A stretch of DNA of 62,086 bases, the filler included, from Choristocarpus tenellus KU-1152 (lineage: Eukaryota; Protista; Phaeophyceae): the NCBI GenBank assembly GCA_964200185.2. It is 15 parts of 15 records of this genome, joined end to end, with 100 filler letters (N's around TTAATTAATTAA, not from the genome) between each part and the next. Parts side by side here need not be neighbours in the genome. Positions count along the whole stretch, not along the records: positions 24,696 to 29,813 come from CAXNAD020011816.1; positions 29,914 to 34,250 come from CAXNAD020015043.1; positions 34,351 to 38,154 come from CAXNAD020017828.1; 12 more parts are not named here. One strand, given 5' to 3'. The notes under the pieces were generated by a model. The model searched no databases and was not told the origin of the DNA. It saw nothing but the letters and a program-made list of their open reading frames with translations. Both the position numbers and the translations under genes were made by a program. Positions 24,884 to 36,993 of the stretch are shown here, in pieces. Each line of letters starts with the position of its first letter. The first letter of the stretch is position 1.

Positions 24884-25602
24884 GGAGTGAGTGGGCAGGT
24901 AAAAAGCCCATGCCGCCCCATTCACCAGGCAGAAGGTTACCCCCTGATCCGATTGTGGAGTTGCGACGCCGCTACTCAAATGCGGGACCAAGTCCCCATA
25001 TGTGGTTGCAGATAAGAAAAAAGGGAGGACAGCAAGCCAGACATTGTGCGCCTAAGATGGGAGATATTGTTTCAAATAGAACAGAGAGGCTGGCCAGCAC
25101 GGAAAGACCACCCTCCAGGAGTGTGAGGGCTGAGGGAGTCAGTGGATCTATGTCATGCGATCATCACGTAAACGGCGAAGACTGCAAAGAGAAAGAGCAA
25201 GGCGAGGAGAATAGCTCTGACACGGACGCACATTCATTGAACATGTCAAGGCGAGTTAGGGACCGATACAATAGAGAGTTATTAACCCTGCTTAAGAAGG
25301 AGCAGGCTGCAGAGGGGGAGCGCGAAGATGTCCTTGCAAAGATGAGGGGTAAGGTCAGGGCTGCTGAAGCCAGGGCACGAAATGCAGGGCAAAGTGACGA
25401 GTGTGAGGGGGACGATGTAATCATGAAAAGGGATGAGCAAGCAGAGCGGTTGCAGTCAGAGGCGAATGTGCTAGGTTCAGAACTTCTCCGACTAGAGGAG
25501 ATGCTGGCAGAGGAGCGACGAGAGGCTAGCAAACGAGTCATGAGTGCCTCTCAGGCCTATGAGACTGCTCTTGAAAAAGCTAAGTCAGTTAGGAGCAAAT
25601 AG
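24884..25602 (+). CDS. Terminal exon of an unknown coiled-coil protein
   Basis: cag acceptor at 24883, open frame to TAG at 25602; E/R/K-rich heptads (RDRYNRELLTLLKKEQAAE..RLEEMLAEERREASKRVM). Confidence 0.7.
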
Positions 25603-27014
25603 CACAAGGAAACATCAATACTGCGAGGTTGAGGAGGATAAAAGTAAGACTCTTCATCTGTGGGGTGTATTACGAATACTCCAGCACAATCGTGAAAGAG
25701 TTAACAGTAGTAAGCTAGATGTTAGTGCTAACAAATTTGCAAAGACTCCATGTTTGCGTGAAAGAGCAGTAATTTTTTATAGTCGAGCACCCAAGCGCAA
25801 CTATATTTCACTAGCACAATGGTGGAACTCTGCAGTAACATAACCAGGTAAAATGCACCATTCCTTGGTAACTATGTAATGGCAATGCCCAACATACATT
25901 TTTTTATGTCACTACGTACAGCTTGGTAATCTGAGGCTTGTCCCAAGCACTTTGTTGTTGTGGAGAGTGGGCGCGGACCACACCCATGGAGGTTCCTACT
26001 TGGCGACTTCGTAGACCACTGTTAACACCAAAATACATAATGGCGAGAGGATAATTATCATTAGTAGAAGTGCAAGTATTAAAATTTTATAATGATAGCA
26101 CTTTGTTTCGCTACAGGAATCGGGCATTATCACTTTTTCCAACTTGGGCTACTCATTCCAAGATTCTATTTCACGTCTGAACAAGCTACCGCACATCGGA
26201 ATAGAGAGGTGAGCCTCTCCTGGGCCAGCTTTTCCGTAGTGGTTCGACCTACCTTCTCCCTCTCCTGAAAAAAGGGGAGGAAAAGGCGATCCTGGCTTCC
26301 TACCAATTTTACTGTTGTACAAATGGTTAAGACCTTGACCATGTTGAATAGCTTCGCGCAGGAAAGGCTCATCGACAGAAGGTACTGTTTGAGTTACATG
26401 ATGAACATGCACCGCTTATTTGCTTACTATCCGCTGGGCCTTTGTCTTAGCCATCCATTATCCCTGACGTATGGTCAAAGACTGACTCATCATACCGCTA
26501 TGTATGTTACTACTCTGTATTGTATCGAACTAAAGATAAACGTACGTGCAATTTTGTTGTATGCTTATATCAGCACACACAACGTAAGTATAACACGAGT
26601 TATTCGACAGACCAAGGTATTCACTTTATATTCACCTTATTATCCTCAGCAAGCGATGACACCAATCGATATTATGTCGTCAGTCGTCCAGTCCCTCCAA
26701 CCATTTCGTTATCCTACGGTTCCGAAATCTCGCCGTATACTCCCACAACACACAGATTCGGGGGATGATTCCTTACCGCCCAATCCTGAACTTCGCAGTA
26801 TTAATTGTAACTACTTACATATACTTACATCAACTTTAGTATCTTGTCAATTTAATGTCTCTTTTTTCGATGAAACCGCTCACATTGTAAGATCTAAGGA
26901 GGGTGCCCACATTTGCACCTCACCCAGAACAAACACACAACTCGCAAGGGAAGAGAAATATTTAAAATGTATCCGAGCACCGAAACCTGGAAATGCCTCC
27001 GTCATCGAGCGCGG

Positions 27015-29813
27015 ATGACTCTCACAGGATCAAACTCTCCCAATGAGGTGACCCGTCGACTGCAAAAGGTGGACAAGAAATATATCACAGTCAGGTTCCT
27101 ATGTTCAGTCATGTGTGACGTCGGCCTGGAGCTAAAGAAGGATGAAGTGGACTTTATCATCAAAAGATTCACAAACCACAGGTGAGAACAGGGATATTTT
27201 ACTCCTTTCCTCTCTACGAAATCACAATGTATGCACGGACTGACCTTTGCAACACAATTTGTTCTGTGTGAAATGACGCAGGCGATGCGTGGATTGGAGA
27301 AAACTGATTCGTGCGCTAGATGTGGCTTCTCCTGCCGATTTTGCAGACCCCGATCAGTTCTTGGACCCATTACCCCAACCATATCGGAGTATCGTCAGCC
27401 TCCTGGACTTCGAGGTGGGCTTTGACTCCAACGCCCTGAGATCTCGCCCTTTCACAACCTTCTAACCTGAGGGTAGAGGCTGACCTTGGCGAATAATCAA
27501 GGAGCGCACAAAACACGTAGGATGGTAACCCTTATCCATTATAGGTTCAGATACAATCCATTTCCCTTAACTTTCAATACTTTTGATCGACAACCCCCAG
27601 ATTGTGGACAGAGCCTGGGATATCATCGTGGAGCGACACTCAGAGTTGATGACAAATCCCGCAAATATGGCCAGAGTTTCTGCACTCATCGACCTAAAAC
27701 GAGAATGCCTACCAGGCTGCATGCTTGACAAGATCTCAGGGCGGGGAAATGGCGAGCTAGATGACATGTGTGGGCCAGCTCTAGTAGTTACAGCCCTGCA
27801 ATGGGATAGAAGGGGCGAGGTGTGACCTGTACTGCTTACAGTGCTCCACATGCTCAGGGGTTTAAACAGAGGTTTCTTTAGATCTGCCAACACAGAAGAA
27901 GCCAAATACAAGATGTAATCAGAGGTTTTACCTTGAATAGTTTACACCACATCCTGGCCTTCGTTTGAACTTTGCATTGTCGAGAGCAATATACTAGGGC
28001 AATGCTCACAGTGAGTACATCGACAGAGGACCATCAGACTATTGTTTTCATTGTGTCCTTTCTTCCTCTCCCCCTTAATTCAACTGGAAGGTCAGTGGGT
28101 AGTTGATACTTCTACCTATAATAACAATCAGTTGAAGCTTCATGAGTAATATATGTCCATCAAATTCCCAAATACTCTGGAGTAATAGATTAACGTATAA
28201 TCACGTGCGCCGACCAGCAGTTCCTCTTCACTGGCACAGCCAATGGACAAGTGTGTGTGTGCCGGCCTAGGAAAGTTAGCAGCAATGGTGGAGATATCCT
28301 GTGCATGGCTACACCTTTCGAGGGAGAACAGACAGCTGTGTTGTCCCTTTCCCCCGCCATTGGCAGTCTTCATGGTGAGAACTTGTAGCATGTGAAATAG
28401 TGCTACTGATCCCACAAGTGCTGCAATTCAAATATCAAACAAACACGATAATGATATCCCATCTTTAGTTTCTCATCTGTTTTATCCTGTCCTTTGACAC
28501 ACACCACACACCTGAAGCTGCTTCTACTTTCAACTTTGATATACAAATTTCTTGGTTTTCCTCCAATTTTGTCCCGACATTCCTCATCTGCACATTTCCA
28601 TCCTCGTCCCGTCTGCCAACAAATTCTCTCAAACAAATTTGACAAAAAATGCTTCAGGGCAACGACCAACAATACTCTTTGCAGCTGTCTCATCCCTGGA
28701 CGGAAGTGGCCACAAGGAGGAGATGGAGATGGAATCCGGTTTAGAATTGGAGACTGAAGGCAGTAATCAACAGCAAGTCCCAGAAATGAGGCTGGGAGGA
28801 CAAATAGTGGTGATGGAGGTATCACTAGTCTCTGCTGTAGCACCTATCACCACTGATGCTACTGTAATTCCCCCAAATGCAGATGTCCAGAATGGGAATG
28901 AGGACTCCTGTATCCCTCTTCCGACTTTGTCTGTCCTGTGTCGGCTCAGATTGCCAGAAATGGTGACAGATTGTGTGTTGTCCTCAGACGGTCGTCGCCT
29001 GGCCGTGACTCTGGCAGGGGGTCGTGTTGCCCTATGGACGCTCCCCTCACTTGCCCCTCTCATACCGGAGGTGCTCACCTCCGTGGACACATTCCCTACC
29101 CCAACAAATTTCGAAGGAGAGAGTGAAGGGCCCATGGATGAGCCTGATATCCCCCAGGATGATCCCGTAAATGAGGGACTGAAGGGTGGTCGGGGTGAGA
29201 AAGAGGTCATCCTGGGACAACCAGACATTATTGTAGAAGCACTCCTCTCTAGTGATGAGAAAGCTTACTTGAAAGCAATTCAGGACTACAAGTGCCATTT
29301 AGAGGCCACGGAGGAGCTGGAGGGGACAGAGGATCCACCCCCATACCCCACACCTCCCATCTCAGCACCACTGGCACACCACCTTGCACATGTGAATTTC
29401 CTCGCGAAAGATAATACTGCTACAGAGGCAATGCCTGAAGGAGGCAACAGAGGGAAGGGATGCTCCTCATCTCTGGGGCCTCCAGTGTTTGGTCTTTGTG
29501 TGTGGCATGACGACTCTAATCTGTGGAAGATGGTAAGGCTTCCCCCTCTGGCCTTCATTCCCACACAGACAAGAACACACGACTTTGTTGCTGAGGATGG
29601 GAGTGGCTCTGTCCAGGAGGGAGTGGGGAAGGAGGGGAAACAGGTAGAGGATGGAAATGTCCTGAGTGTTGACAAGACGGAAGATTTGCTTCCACCAATC
29701 TTCACCTCCACCTCTTTGGTGTCTTGGGAATGGTTGCTTCCATCGCCAGTCGCGTCCTGTGCTATTAGTGAGGATAGGCAGGGGAGGAGAGGGGCAGTAG
29801 GGGGGGGAGAGAG
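27015..29813 (+). CDS. WDR93: EF-hand-like + WDR93-like WD40 protein, 5' exons (27015-27181, 27282-27414, 27601-27819, 28221-28374, 28658-contig end)
   Basis: Phase-compatible GT-AG exons give KYITVRFLCSVMCDVGLELKKDEVDFIIKRF..CVDWRKLIRAL (EF-hand-pair-like), then LDPLPQPYRSIVSLLDFEIVDRAWDIIVERH (WDR93 N-terminal LPQPYRMI..FDQSWEII motif) and WD strands (LQWD..FLFTGTANGQV; LSSDGRRLAVTLAGGRVALW). Confidence 0.72.
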
Positions 29814-29913
29814 NNNNNNNNNNNNNNNNNNNNNNNNNNNNNNNNNNNNNNNNNNNNTTAATTAATTAANNNNNNNNNNNNNNNNNNNNNNNNNNNNNNN
29901 NNNNNNNNNNNNN

Positions 29914-30058
29914 CCGTAGCCCCCGTAGCCACCATAGCCCCCGTAGCCCCCATAGCCACCCATGCCTGGGAAACCTTCCATACCTCCCAATCCCGCCATA
30001 TCCATGTAGTCTCCTCCCCCACCACCATACATGCCTTCTCCGTATGCATCCATCATGG
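29914..30058 (-). CDS. Gly/Tyr/Met-rich exon (GGY repeats), truncated
   Basis: Acceptor ..tttcaatcag, then MMDAYGEGMYGGGGGDYMDMAGLGGMEGFPGMGGYGGYGGY.. Confidence 0.6.
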
Positions 30059-30859
30059 CTGATTGAAATAGGATATTTTGAGGGGTCAACGATCGAAATA
30101 GGGGAGGAGTTGGGAACAAATCCAACAAGGTGATTCGATAGCCTCAAGATAGTGCTTGGAAGAAGGGGGGGGTGGAATGATAGTTGCGGGATTGAACGAG
30201 GGTAGGTGTAAAGAATAAAATTGACAAGGCATTTCCAATGGCCTCTTGATCAAGTTGGGAGGTACGTAGGAGCAAGAGTGTGCAACTAGGGTGAGGGAGT
30301 GAAGTTGTGTGCAGTAGAGATTGGATGCAGAAACTTCAAATCACCGAGTCCTCACTATCCATTCTTGTCCAAAAACTATATTAGACACTTCAATCATTCA
30401 ACCACACAAGGATGAGAGTTCATGCAACCACTGGTCACTATCAAACCCTAACCCTATGTCCAAACCCAAACTTGTACCTTAATCCTGATAAGCCTAAACT
30501 ACCAGTGTCCAACACATCCCTCAACAAGAGAACGTACCAAGTTTCAGCCACTTCTCTGCGTATTTCCTGCCCTGCCTCAATGGCAGGAGTCAAGGGTCCA
30601 ATTAGAATCACCCTGGAGAAACTCAGAGCTTATACCTCTTTCCGAATCTGAATACTCATCATTCACGACACGTTCCCCACTCAGAATGAGTAACATATTT
30701 CTAGGTACTCCCAGTGTCACCTCTGCACGTTTTCATGGTCATACATTGATCTTGTATGGTTACTTGGCCTAGGATCATTTACAACTTACTACCACTGAAG
30801 ACATAGGGCTTTCACAGCCAAGATTTGATATATATACAATTGCTTAGGTCACAAACGAA

Positions 30860-31815
30860 TACTACAATTGACTAAGCTGAAGGGCATAAAGGGACGAGTA
30901 AGAGAGGTTTGCTCTTGGGTGTTCTTCTAAAGCCCTTGAGGTAACTGACCTTCCATATCCATGTCTCCGAATTGGCCACTGCAGACTCCCAGGAGAGACA
31001 GAACCACTGCCCAGCGAAATGTACTTGCCCCCATCGTCATTGACGCCGTTTCCAAGCCCTGTTGACCCTTTGGAATATTTGAAATGGAAGATTAAGATAT
31101 TACCGGCGTCTGCCAACAGAGACGGGATAGCACAACGGTGGGCTGTGTGTTGTAAACCTTCGGTTGTGAGTCGCGAAACCTGTAGGGCTGAGGGGGCCTG
31201 TAAAATAATACAAGTTGCATCTTTGGGCAGAACTCATGTCCATTTGTGGACAACATAGGGTGGCCATGACCCATTGTCCAAGATGAAGAAAAGATCTCTT
31301 GGAAGATTGGAGAGGACTATCGAGAAAATCAGCACGTGGCCGCCCCCTGTATTTGGCCTGGGACGAGCTGCTGGACACGCGCACCATTGCCATGTTCGAT
31401 TCTTCCACTCAATCTGTATATATCGACATATACCAGACTGCATGGTGCTTACAATGTTAAATTTCTGGACTTGGAATATGTTAACATCTGCCAGGCTTTC
31501 TGTTGAGCAGGAGACCCTCGCAAGAGCATCGTAGATAGCACATGATACCTGACCTACTTCGAGTCCAAATTGTGTGATCGCTAATCCACTAAAGCTCACA
31601 AAATCTCTGAAAGCAGGGTACCGTGAAGGCGACAAGGAGCCAGGCAGGAACCAAAGCTTACTTGCAGAGTAATGGTAATTGGAGAAAAGTTCACTAGGAA
31701 TGTTGTAGCTGAGGCGGAGATGCACGCCTGAGCGAGTGCCCAATGAACAGATACTTGCAAGGTGTGAAAGACAAGAACAATCCTTACATGGGAAGGGTAT
31801 ATCGACCACCAACAC
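30860..31815 (-). pseudogene. Degraded ORF, possibly a Plavaka/CMC-type transposase C-terminus
   Basis: Frameshifted peptides VRVSSSSSQAKYRGRPRADF and V.DAGNIL recall the 'G.PRYD.V' tail of Plavaka-like transposases; weak. Confidence 0.3.
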
Positions 31816-31919
31816 TTAAGACTAAGACTAATTTATAAGAAACCCACAGATATATCGATTGATCACAAAATATCTATAAATTATTTGAATTATGATCCTT
31901 GATTCACAAAAAATCACTT

Positions 31920-32870
31920 CCAGATTTTTTGTTATTTTTTTGCCCCCTTACATTTTGTAGCTGAGGGGGGAAATAAATGAAAACTATACACGTTGTCAGT
32001 ATAAGCCCTAAAGAGATAAAGTGTCACAAATGCGAAAGACACTAATCCATTGTTACTTCACCACTATCTATGTTGTACTACTGCCTTCCTGTGTCTCCAA
32101 TCTACCTATACCTCTACCCCGGGGGGAAGAGCTAGGGAGGCATCCCAAGAATCCAATAAGCCCCTCCGTGCCCCATCTCCCTGGTGATTCCACAGCTTAA
32201 AACGCATGAGACGTCTACACAGTGCCACTTGCGTAGAGACAATTGGCGTACCCAGATTTAACTATTCCTTTCCTGATATATCCTCCCTCTCCTCTCCCCC
32301 CTACCATGTGAGTAGCCAGCTCATCCAGGAAGCATTCCGCTTGATATTGTCAAGAAGGAAACACAATTTCACAACTTAATTCGAATATGTGATAAATAGC
32401 TAAGGGTTATATACTACTCTTGAGTTGTGTGATTGTGATTAAAGTGGAAGGTAGCAAAAAGAGGAGTAGGGCAGAATGAAGGTAAAAGTGCAAGAAGGGG
32501 GTAGGACGACAAGAAGGGTGAGCAGGACCAAATCATCCTCTGAGTAATCTATCCCACCTGTACAACTTCTCAATTGCTCGCGATTGAGTGGGATGTTGGG
32601 GAATGGGGATCAAGCTCGGGCGGGGTAGATTTCTTCTTGCGCAAAGGCGCAGTATGGGAGTGGATGATTTGGAGGTGCACTTGGACGAATGTGTGGAGTG
32701 GTGTGGAGTGGTGTCATGTTGAACGATATAAAGTGGTGTGTTGGAAAGGAAGGTGGAGTAGATTTACAGAAATTGGGCACATAGTTTGTGGGGTAACAAG
32801 GATAGTGTGTGGAGGGTGGTGTGGTTGGTAAGGAAGAAGTAGTGTGACATTGGTTGGGGCGGAGTGGAGT
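31920..32870 (+). repeat. Dispersed repeat family C, copy 3
   Basis: AATGAAAACTATAC, GCCCCATCTCCCTGGTG..CTTAAAACGCATGAGACGTCTA and TCAAGCTCGGGCGGGGTAGATT, colinear with 190-1400. Confidence 0.7.
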
Positions 32871-32899
32871 GGATGGAAGGCTAATGTGAGGCTAACTGA

Positions 32900-33710
32900 T
32901 TAATCCAGAATTCGTGAGCAAAGCAAAAAGGGAACTGGGAAGATATGCAGCATCTCCATGCATTCGACACTGGAAAGGGGTGCAACATGTTGTACGATAC
33001 CTAGCAGGCACCATGAAAGAAAGGATACACTATCCTGCTGGTGGTGAATTGAACAACAGGGGCCTGGCCGGGTATGGAGACTCAGGCTGGGGCAATGACA
33101 CTGCTTCAAGACGAAGCATGACGGGATACCTAATCCAAATAAATGAGGAACCCATTGTATGGAAATCCAAGATGCAAGGAGCTGTAATCATATCTTCATC
33201 AGAAGCAGGATAGACAGCGATGATACATGGAATGAGGCATGCAATATTCCTCAGAGGCATCCTGGGGGAGCTGGGCATACCCCAAGGGGCCACGACTTGG
33301 TACAGGGACAATCGAGGTGCGATCCAAGCAACAATAACTGAAGGCTTCAACGGAAGATCAAGGCATTATAGACATCAAGCTGAAATGCACAAGGGAGTAT
33401 GTCAATAAAGGATTTTTTCGAGTGAAGTATATACCCACAACAATAAATCTTGCAGGCATCTTGACCAAAAGATTACATAAGAAGCAGGTAGAAGACTTTG
33501 TAGACACTGTGTTGACTAGATTTATGTCGTGTGTTAAAGTTGAAGCAATCTGCGTTATTTTATTGCATTGAGAGGATAAATGTGATATGTGTGAGAGTTG
33601 AACCAATTCTTTTACTTCCACTCTCATGGGGGAGCGTGCAGAATAAGACGTTTTAGGTTTGAGAGTTCCAGCAACCCTTCATTGCCTGAACTCTCATGGG
33701 GGAGTGTGCT
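32900..33710 (+). mobile_element. Ty1/Copia RT end + RNase H + polypurine tract
   Basis: HWKGVQHVVRYLAGT, GYGDSGWGNDTASRRSMTGY, IVWKSKMQ..SSSEA, DNRGAI, RSRHIDIK (frameshift), NLAGILTK; CATGGGGGAG PPT followed by TG. Confidence 0.9.
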
Positions 33711-34172
33711 AAATAGGTCAATAGTAAGGTGTACATTATTTTGTGTATGAGAGATGTAACTAATGAAATAGTACATCGGGAATATGAATGGGAATATGTA
33801 TGGGTTTTTATTCTGCATTCAAGTACTTTGACATAACCATGGACTTATCTATGAGGCATAAATAATAATAAAACAAGCAATGAGAAGACACCCCACAAAG
33901 GTCACTCTTCTAATTCCATCCATTCTTTCCACGTTCAGCAAAGGGGATTGTGTGAGGCTTCACACCTTCTTGTCTCCACTACTGAAAAATAGTATCACCT
34001 CCCAATGTAAATTGCACAGAAATACTACTACAAAATGTCGCTCATGTCCCAAATATTGAATTCAGCCTCTTCTCTTACCAAGCAGCAGCAGACATAGGTG
34101 TGAAATGTATAGCCACAGCTGGTACGTTCTCACCTTTAGGTGGCAAACCCGTTTCCAAGAGAATTTGTGGTT

Positions 34173-34250
34173 GAGCCAAAGTATCTTAGAGGGTAGACCC
34201 TCGTCCATTTGGGGGGCAAAATCCAATGTTGCGATGTTGATATAATTTTG
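34173..34250 (+). mobile_element. MITE family A, truncated by contig end
   Basis: GAGCCAAAGTATCTTAGAGGGTAGACCCTCGTCCATTTGGGG. Confidence 0.88.
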
Positions 34251-34350
34251 NNNNNNNNNNNNNNNNNNNNNNNNNNNNNNNNNNNNNNNNNNNNTTAATT
34301 AATTAANNNNNNNNNNNNNNNNNNNNNNNNNNNNNNNNNNNNNNNNNNNN

Positions 34351-34427
34351 CAAATAACCCAAAAATTGCGACATGAAAAAATGGACCCCAAATGGACAGC
34401 CGCCACCCCTCCCAGATACTTTGAGTC
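34351..34427 (-). mobile_element. MITE family B, truncated by contig start
   Basis: CCCCAAATGGACAGCCGCCACCCCTCCCAGATACTTTGAGTC. Confidence 0.88.
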
Positions 34428-35299
34428 GCTGCGTCCGCACAATGCATATGTTCCCCTCAGCGAGCTGTCTCTTCTTCCTCGACAGCTAGCTCTTCAATAT
34501 ATATCGCCCATTCGTGTTTTCGTGGAAAATCCCAGGTCTATCTCCTTAAGCAGGGGTACGTGGGTTAGTTTCCATCTACATTGGGCCAGGTTACCGATGG
34601 AGCAGTTCGTGCAATAGCATGACAACTCTGTGTATATCAATGTAAGGGAGTCTCTAGTGGTGCGCTGACCAGTGAAGAACTTTTGCGTGGACTTTAGGCC
34701 ACTGAAGTTGGGGGCACATTGGTTATGTCGTCCTTTGCGGTTGACCCTTGTAGGCTGGAGGGTGGACTATCTCCTCCTGGGTTCTGAACATGTCGGATGT
34801 ATAAAAGTTTCGTAGACGTGTTACTGTGCGGTCTGCCGTCCCTATCCGTCCAATCCTAAGGGGTGTAAGTGATTGCGTGTATACGGGGAGGGGTGGTACG
34901 TGTTGGAGTCAGTGTTGGTACTGAGGCAGCATCCTGTGACCGATTCGATGTGATAGCATTTTTTTTGGAGTGATATGTGCTACCTATTCAAGTAACAAAT
35001 GTTTGGTGGTAAACGGCAGAAGTTAATATGGGGAAGAAAATAATAACTTAGTTTTTTGGGTTAGTTTGACGGTTGGCAGACTTATGCAAAATAGAAGGCG
35101 ATGATTGTAAGTGTGCACGGACGGTCTGCGGTCAATTGAGAAGTGCGTATGTGCGATCCTCACTCTGCGCGTGGTGTCGACGTAAAGGGAGTCACGAATG
35201 TGACATAATTTTCAACGGTATATATTGCGTGTTTGGTGTATGGGTGGGCAAGGGGCGTACGGGTTAGGGTTGTCGCCAGTGGCAAATAGAGGCCGATCA

Positions 35300-36560
35300 T
35301 TGTGAGTGGGGGAGACCGTCATGTGGAGGGCGCCTATCTGTGTGACGACTGTCTGTCTGTCCGGGAGGAACCTTATGGCCTTTGCGGTAGCACCACTCTT
35401 CCTCTGGTGTCGGATCCCTCAAGGTGTATTGTTTTTTGGTTGCCTTGATCGTATCCACGAGGGATGAGGTTCCTGGCATGCTCACCCCGTCTAGCTCCAG
35501 TCTCCTGGCAGCAGACTTCACCACAGCCCTGACTCCATCGGACAAGGACTTGTCGTGACAACAGGCAATGAAGTTGTATACTACAGAAATTCCCATCCAT
35601 GTTAAGGACTGAGAAACCCACCACATCTGCCATATCTTCTTGAAGTGACTCCCGCAGGTATCGGACCAGATGTGGAGGACCTCTCTAGGGTCTGTCCGTA
35701 TTCCCGGGCTAGAGGTATTAGGTCTTTCACATACATCTCCACAGCGTTCTGGACGAACTCGTTCTCTTGGCTTCAGTCCTCACTACACACCGTCATGCTG
35801 TGAGCCTAAGCCCTTCCCTTCCCTTCCCAAGATTTCCCTCTTCCCTGAGATCCCTCAACCACCAAACAATGGTCAGAAGCGCTGTGACGAATAGATTGAA
35901 GAACTCTTGTTGTGTCAAGTCTTGCTCGGTGCTAAGATCTCTCTTTACACATTCTAGGAATGTCTTGATCTGGAGATCGGGCGTGGACCTGCGTTGTTCC
36001 GGAGCCAGCACAACTCGCAGTATGCTCGCCAATGGTGCAAACCTGCTTTTCTCGTCCAATAGAGTCAAAGTATCTTAGAGGGTAAAGTTGCGTCCATTTG
36101 GGGGCCAAAATGCAATGTTGCGATTTTGATGTAATTTCGCTATCGTGTTTGTTGGTAAGTGTCAACATCCTTGTTTTAAACATGCACATGATACCTACTA
36201 CTCCAAAACGTACATATTTTTCCTACCCCGAAACATTCTGGAATAGGAAAACGTCATAAAAACCCTGTGGGAAGTCAAGCCCCAAACGGACAAAAAGGAC
36301 AATACGCGTACCCTCTAAGATACTTTCACTCATAACCACGTGGCAAGGTCGTTTCACGTGCGGCCGCTTCCTTCCACCTCTTTTAGACCATCGTGGTTGA
36401 CAAACATGTAGAGGAACAGGTCCATAATCTGGTTTGTTTTGGATTTCTTCCTCGAACGAGTGGCATTGGATTTGGGCAGTCTCTTGAGTACTCGTTTCCT
36501 GAGTGGAATTGAAGTGAGGTCATGATATGGGTTGGTGGGTTTGTTTCCCTTTGACACTCA
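35300..36560 (-). pseudogene. Degraded non-LTR (LINE) reverse transcriptase C-terminal region, interrupted by MITE A
   Basis: LDEKSRFAPLASI..FNLFVTALL resembles LE.V..F.YLGS..F...V...LLYG; downstream DRP.RGPP..YLRESL resembles RPRGRP..W...L. Confidence 0.42.
36062..36331 (+). mobile_element. MITE family A, complete (270 bp)
   Basis: GAGTCAAAGTATCTTAGAGGGTA...TACCCTCTAAGATACTTTCACTC; flanks ATA|..|ATA. Confidence 0.95.
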
Positions 36561-36942
36561 AAGTTCGATGTTGATGATGTGAACATCCATAATGCTGTCT
36601 TGTTGTTCGGACAAGGGGGTGTGCACACAATATATGGTCATGATGTGTTCGATGGAGTAGGGCCGTGTTGGGTGACACCTAACATTCAACACGTCGACAA
36701 TGGGGTGTTGGACATAGCGAGGACTGTGAAACCGCCTTGGTTAGACCATCCTGAAAAGGTGTGCATCGCGTATGCGGGAACACATGGGCCACATCAGGAA
36801 TATTATAGATACATCCCATAAAACATACCATTGTTTGTGCCTCTTTCTCCACAGGGGATAGGAGATTATGCTTGATTTATTGGACAATCGAGGACGATGG
36901 ATTGGAGGAGTGTGCCTTCAAATAAGTCGTTATGCGAACCGC

Positions 36943-36993
36943 CGGAATTTTTGTCATACTTTGTCGTTACGACAAAGTATGACAAAAGTTCCG
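36943..36993. repeat. 51-bp near-perfect palindrome
   Basis: CGGAATTTTTGTCATACTTTGTCGT-T-ACGACAAAGTATGACAAAAGTTCCG: 25-bp arms with one T:G mismatch. Confidence 0.95.

Noticed and set aside
26149-27018. ORFs 26323-27018 (+) and 26149-26412 (-) as genes
   Set aside because: No recognisable motifs or consistent splice model; likely intergenic or promoter DNA upstream of the WDR93-like gene
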